From assembly GCA_028700905.1 (NCBI GenBank), contig JAQVRT010000021.1, positions 1 to 12,433 of the forward strand: 12,433 bases of DNA, read 5' to 3'. Positions within the stretch are counted from its first letter, which is position 1. Every line of letters starts with the position of its first letter. Position numbers and translations under genes: made by a program. Of this stretch, positions 10,426-12,433 are shown in pieces. The notes under the pieces were generated by a model. It saw only the letters and a program-made list of their open reading frames with translations, did not search any database and was not told the origin of the DNA. Source of the DNA: Candidatus Iainarchaeum sp. Its GTDB lineage: Archaea > Iainarchaeota > Iainarchaeia > Iainarchaeales > CSSED10-239.

Positions 10426-10740
10426 TTATTTATTTTTCTTTTGATAGCGTTTAGCACACTCTAATTGTCTTTTCTTGAATTCTGGGTCTAAACTATATCT
10501 ATTTTTATGATAAATTCTTTGGTATTCTTTTCTTTTATCAAAATATAATTCTTTCTTTTCATCTGGAAGATTGGTATACCATTTCTTTTGATATTCTTTG
10601 AATCTTCCTTTGAAATCTTCGTTTGTATGCCAGTCTATTGTTGTAAGACAAACATTAAACATTTTAGCTAAGTCTTTTCTTTTCTTTCCTTGTTTTCTTA
10701 ATTCTTTTAGTTCAATTATTTGTTCTTTTGTTAGTTTCAT
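10426..10740 (-). CDS. HTH DNA-binding protein (104 aa)
   Basis: LTKEQIIELKELRKQGKKRKDLAKMFNVCLTTIDWH is a classic N-terminal helix-turn-helix of the resolvase-HTH / small-terminase type. Basic C-terminus. Confidence 0.65.
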   Translation of the reverse strand: MKLTKEQIIELKELRKQGKKRKDLAKMFNVCLTTIDWHTNEDFKGRFKEYQKKWYTNLPDEKKELYFDKRKEYQRIYHKNRYSLDPEFKKRQLECAKRYQKKNK

Positions 10741-10850
10741 TCTATTTCTACCTCTGCTTTGTTTTTAAAATTTTCAATTAACCATTTTTTTAATTCCTTT
10801 TCTATTAAAGTTTTATCTGTTTCTGTTTCTATCTTTATTATTATTTTCAT
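10737..10850 (-). CDS. Hypothetical 37-aa protein
   Basis: Below the cutoff. Hand translation: MKIIIKIETETDKTLIEKELKKWLIENFKNKAEVEIE. ATGA overlaps at both ends (10847-10850 and 10737-10740). Confidence 0.45.
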   Translation of the reverse strand: MKIIIKIETETDKTLIEKELKKWLIENFKNKAEVEIE

Positions 10851-11068
10851 ATTAATTTTGCCTCCCTTAACGATTGAGCAATTATTCTTAAGGCAATATT
10901 TGAGATTTCAACTTGAATCATTATATTTAAAAAATCCTTCATATCTTGAGTAAATTTTAAATAATATCCCGCCTCTAAATAACCAAATTGGTATCTTCTA
11001 TTAAGGTATTGTTCTTGAACCTCTTGATTATAATTCCAATAGTCGTGTCTAGTCTTTCTTGTTTTCAT
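10847..11068 (-). CDS. Hypothetical 73-aa protein
   Basis: ORF track. ATGA overlap with the recombinase stop (11065-11068). Confidence 0.6.
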   Translation of the reverse strand: MKTRKTRHDYWNYNQEVQEQYLNRRYQFGYLEAGYYLKFTQDMKDFLNIMIQVEISNIALRIIAQSLREAKLI

Positions 11069-11745
11069 TTTTCCACCTCTTTGTTCATAAATGGGGTATT
11101 TTCTATTGGTTCATTTACTTCTAGTTTATTTAAGGTATTTTCTCTCTCGTTTTTATGAACATTTATGATTTGACTTATTTTACCTATTGAAAGATTTGTC
11201 TTTTCACTTATTTGTCTATAACTTAATCCCTGATTATACCAATCTAAAATAACTTTAATTTTGTTTGTATGTGTTTTAGGTCTTCCCCATTTCTTTCCTT
11301 TATGATTCTTAAATGCAATTTTTACCCTTTCAGATTTTCTTTGACTTTCCATTTCAGCAATACTTCCTATTAAACCTAATAAGAACTCTTGAATTGTTTT
11401 TCCTAGACTTCCATCTATATTTATTGCTTCAAGCCATGCTTCTTTAACACTATGTAGTTTTGTTCCATAATTTCTTAATATTACTACATCTTCTAGAAGA
11501 GTATCTCTATTTCTCACCCATCTATCTATTGCCCATACTACAACTGCTTGTATTTCCCCTTTACGAGCCATCTCCTTTACTTTTTCGTAGTTTGGTCTGT
11601 TTATGTCTTTAAACCCTGAAAGTCGTTCTAGGAATACGTCTATTACTTCATATCCCCTATTCCTTGCGAACTCTAAGCACTCTTTCTTTTGGTTCTCTGG
11701 TTCTTGTTCTTCTGTTGAAACTCTAAGATAAATAACACATTTCAT
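11065..11745 (-). CDS. Small serine recombinase (resolvase/invertase family) with C-terminal HTH
   Basis: N-terminal VIYLRVSTEEQ (catalytic Ser10), then RPNYEKV, AIDRWVRN, IAEMESQRKSERVKIAF and WGRPK. C-terminal HTH GLSYRQISEKTNLSIGKISQI. At 226 aa it is the small (not large integrase) type. Confidence 0.9.
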   Translation of the reverse strand: MKCVIYLRVSTEEQEPENQKKECLEFARNRGYEVIDVFLERLSGFKDINRPNYEKVKEMARKGEIQAVVVWAIDRWVRNRDTLLEDVVILRNYGTKLHSVKEAWLEAINIDGSLGKTIQEFLLGLIGSIAEMESQRKSERVKIAFKNHKGKKWGRPKTHTNKIKVILDWYNQGLSYRQISEKTNLSIGKISQIINVHKNERENTLNKLEVNEPIENTPFMNKEVEK

Positions 11746-11990
11746 TTTAAAACTCTCTTAAAAAAATCTCCTATATTTTCTCCAGATGGAACATTTATTT
11801 CAAAGGATAAAATCTCATTATTTTTTGGATTAGAAATACTACCTAAATCTAAAGGAGTCTTTTCTTCTTTCCATCTTCCATAGTATCTTATTTCTCCATT
11901 TGGAAGTTTTGTTTGACCTATTTTCCTAAAAGTTCTTAATGTTCCTATTTCTATTTCTTTAATCTCTCTCATATTCCTTGAATCTTTCAT
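11742..11990 (-). CDS. Hypothetical 82-aa protein (start uncertain; alternative ATG at 11972)
   Basis: ORF track. ATGA overlap with the recombinase start. The 5' end overlaps the HNH gene by 32 nt (14 nt if ATG 11972 is used). Confidence 0.55.
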   Translation of the reverse strand: MKDSRNMREIKEIEIGTLRTFRKIGQTKLPNGEIRYYGRWKEEKTPLDLGSISNPKNNEILSFEINVPSGENIGDFFKRVLK

Positions 11991-12291
11991 TTATTTGTTT
12001 AATTATTGGTTGGGTCATTCCAAATTGTCTAATTTTATTATGAAATTTTGCGTGTTCCTTTTGGGATTTGAATAACATTAAATTTTCTATCCTATTATCA
12101 GTTTTAATTCCGTTTATATGGTGGATTGTTTCTCCTTTGTTTAAAGTTCTTCTTATCTTTTCTTCCATTACAAGAACATGCTCTGGAATCCATCCAATAC
12201 CTACTTTAACAAAAAGATAACCATGTGCTTTTCTTTTTAATACTCCATCTTGGACTATGTCTTTTTTATGTTTAATTATTTCGGTTATCAT
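11959..12291 (-). CDS. HNH homing-type endonuclease (110 aa)
   Basis: EHVLVMEEKIRRTLNKGETIHHINGIKTDNRIENLMLFKSQKEHAKFH matches the H-N-H layout (HH...N...N...H) of the HNH_3-type phage or free-standing endonucleases. Confidence 0.85.
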   Translation of the reverse strand: MITEIIKHKKDIVQDGVLKRKAHGYLFVKVGIGWIPEHVLVMEEKIRRTLNKGETIHHINGIKTDNRIENLMLFKSQKEHAKFHNKIRQFGMTQPIIKQINERFKEYERD

Positions 12292-12433
12292 TTCAAAAAT
12301 ACTTTTCCACTTCTTTTATAATCAATTATCTTTTTATGTTCAAGGTAATTTAACATCTCACAAAGTTTTATATGATTTGGTCTATCTGAAAAGACATTCT
12401 TCCAAGATTTTTGATATAATTCTTCTGCTATTT
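12288..12433 (-). CDS. Partial ORF (C-terminal 47 aa), winged-helix-like
   Basis: Not in the track because it runs off the window edge. ...IAEELYQKSWKNVFSDRPNHIKLCEMLNYLEHKKIIDYKRSGKVFLK. Its TGA overlaps the HNH ATG (ATGA at 12288-12291). Confidence 0.45.
   Translation of the reverse strand, partial: IAEELYQKSWKNVFSDRPNHIKLCEMLNYLEHKKIIDYKRSGKVFLK

Larger units (their letters stand above)
1..12433. mobile_element. Segment of a putative archaeal spindle-shaped (fusello-like) virus / provirus or virus-like plasmid
   Basis: Gene content: VP1-like two-helix capsid candidate, signal-peptide glycoprotein, P-loop NTPase, RHH regulator, many tiny ORFs, own tRNA-like gene, serine recombinase, HNH endonuclease. 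TATA boxes sit ~26 nt upstream of ATG codons (leaderless, archaeal style), terminators are oligo-T, and GGAGG/GGGGG SD motifs occur inside operons. No housekeeping genes. Element ends are not visible in the window. Confidence 0.5.

Noticed and set aside
10759-10953. Plus-strand ORF (64 aa)
   Set aside because: Antisense to the coupled minus-strand ORFs 10737..10850 and 10847..11068. Shadow-frame composition.
1-12433. Interpretation as a bacterial phage or plasmid from a low-GC bacterium
   Set aside because: Four observations argue against it: TATA boxes at a fixed ~26 nt from ATG codons (leaderless mRNAs), oligo-T terminators, a fusellovirus-like two-helix capsid candidate, and sequon-rich surface proteins. 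No tailed-phage hallmark genes (terminase, portal, tail) are present. This cannot be fully excluded without database searches.

Overview
This is a very AT-rich 12.4-kb window (roughly 25-30% GC by eye) with no recognisable cellular housekeeping genes. I read it as part of an archaeal virus, provirus or virus-like plasmid, most likely of the spindle-shaped (fusello-like) kind. No homology search was possible, so every family call rests on motifs read by eye. Layout: (i) 1-3566, a minus-strand morphogenesis-like operon. It opens with a 72-aa two-helix hydrophobic protein resembling the SSV1 VP1-type major capsid protein, followed by a Cys-rich signal-peptide glycoprotein and a chain of small membrane or soluble ORFs joined by ATGA/TAATG stop-start overlaps. 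(ii) 3567-3712, a divergent promoter region. (iii) 3713-5257, plus strand: a ribbon-helix-helix regulator, an acidic 147-aa protein and a P-loop NTPase. (iv) 5258-6097, an ~840-nt noncoding region with oligo-T terminators, a tandem 21-mer, short direct repeats, a nearly pure A/T block and several inverted repeats (origin or control region candidate). (v) 6098-9009, a plus-strand array of small ORFs. It includes a mosaic paralogous family (MKTQTNE... N-termini) joined by a repeated GAGGTTTTAAA(A/G)TGA junction, a Zn-ribbon mini-protein, a strongly acidic protein and an HExxH mini-metalloprotease. (vi) 9067-9472, a tRNA-like gene (anticodon CAU, non-canonical details) and a leaderless basic 73-aa ORF, each bracketed by copies of a 12-nt motif AATGCCTWGATT. 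(vii) 9470-12433, a minus-strand operon: two-TM glycoprotein-like membrane protein, HTH protein, small ORFs, small serine recombinase, HNH endonuclease and a partial wHTH-like ORF. The strongest directly visible signal is a 17-nt module ACCATCAMnTATWWAAA at four promoters. Three of them sit 21-23 nt upstream of an ATG, implying leaderless archaeal-type transcripts and defining an element-specific regulon. Several ORFs shorter than the track cutoff or truncated by the window edge were added by hand translation.
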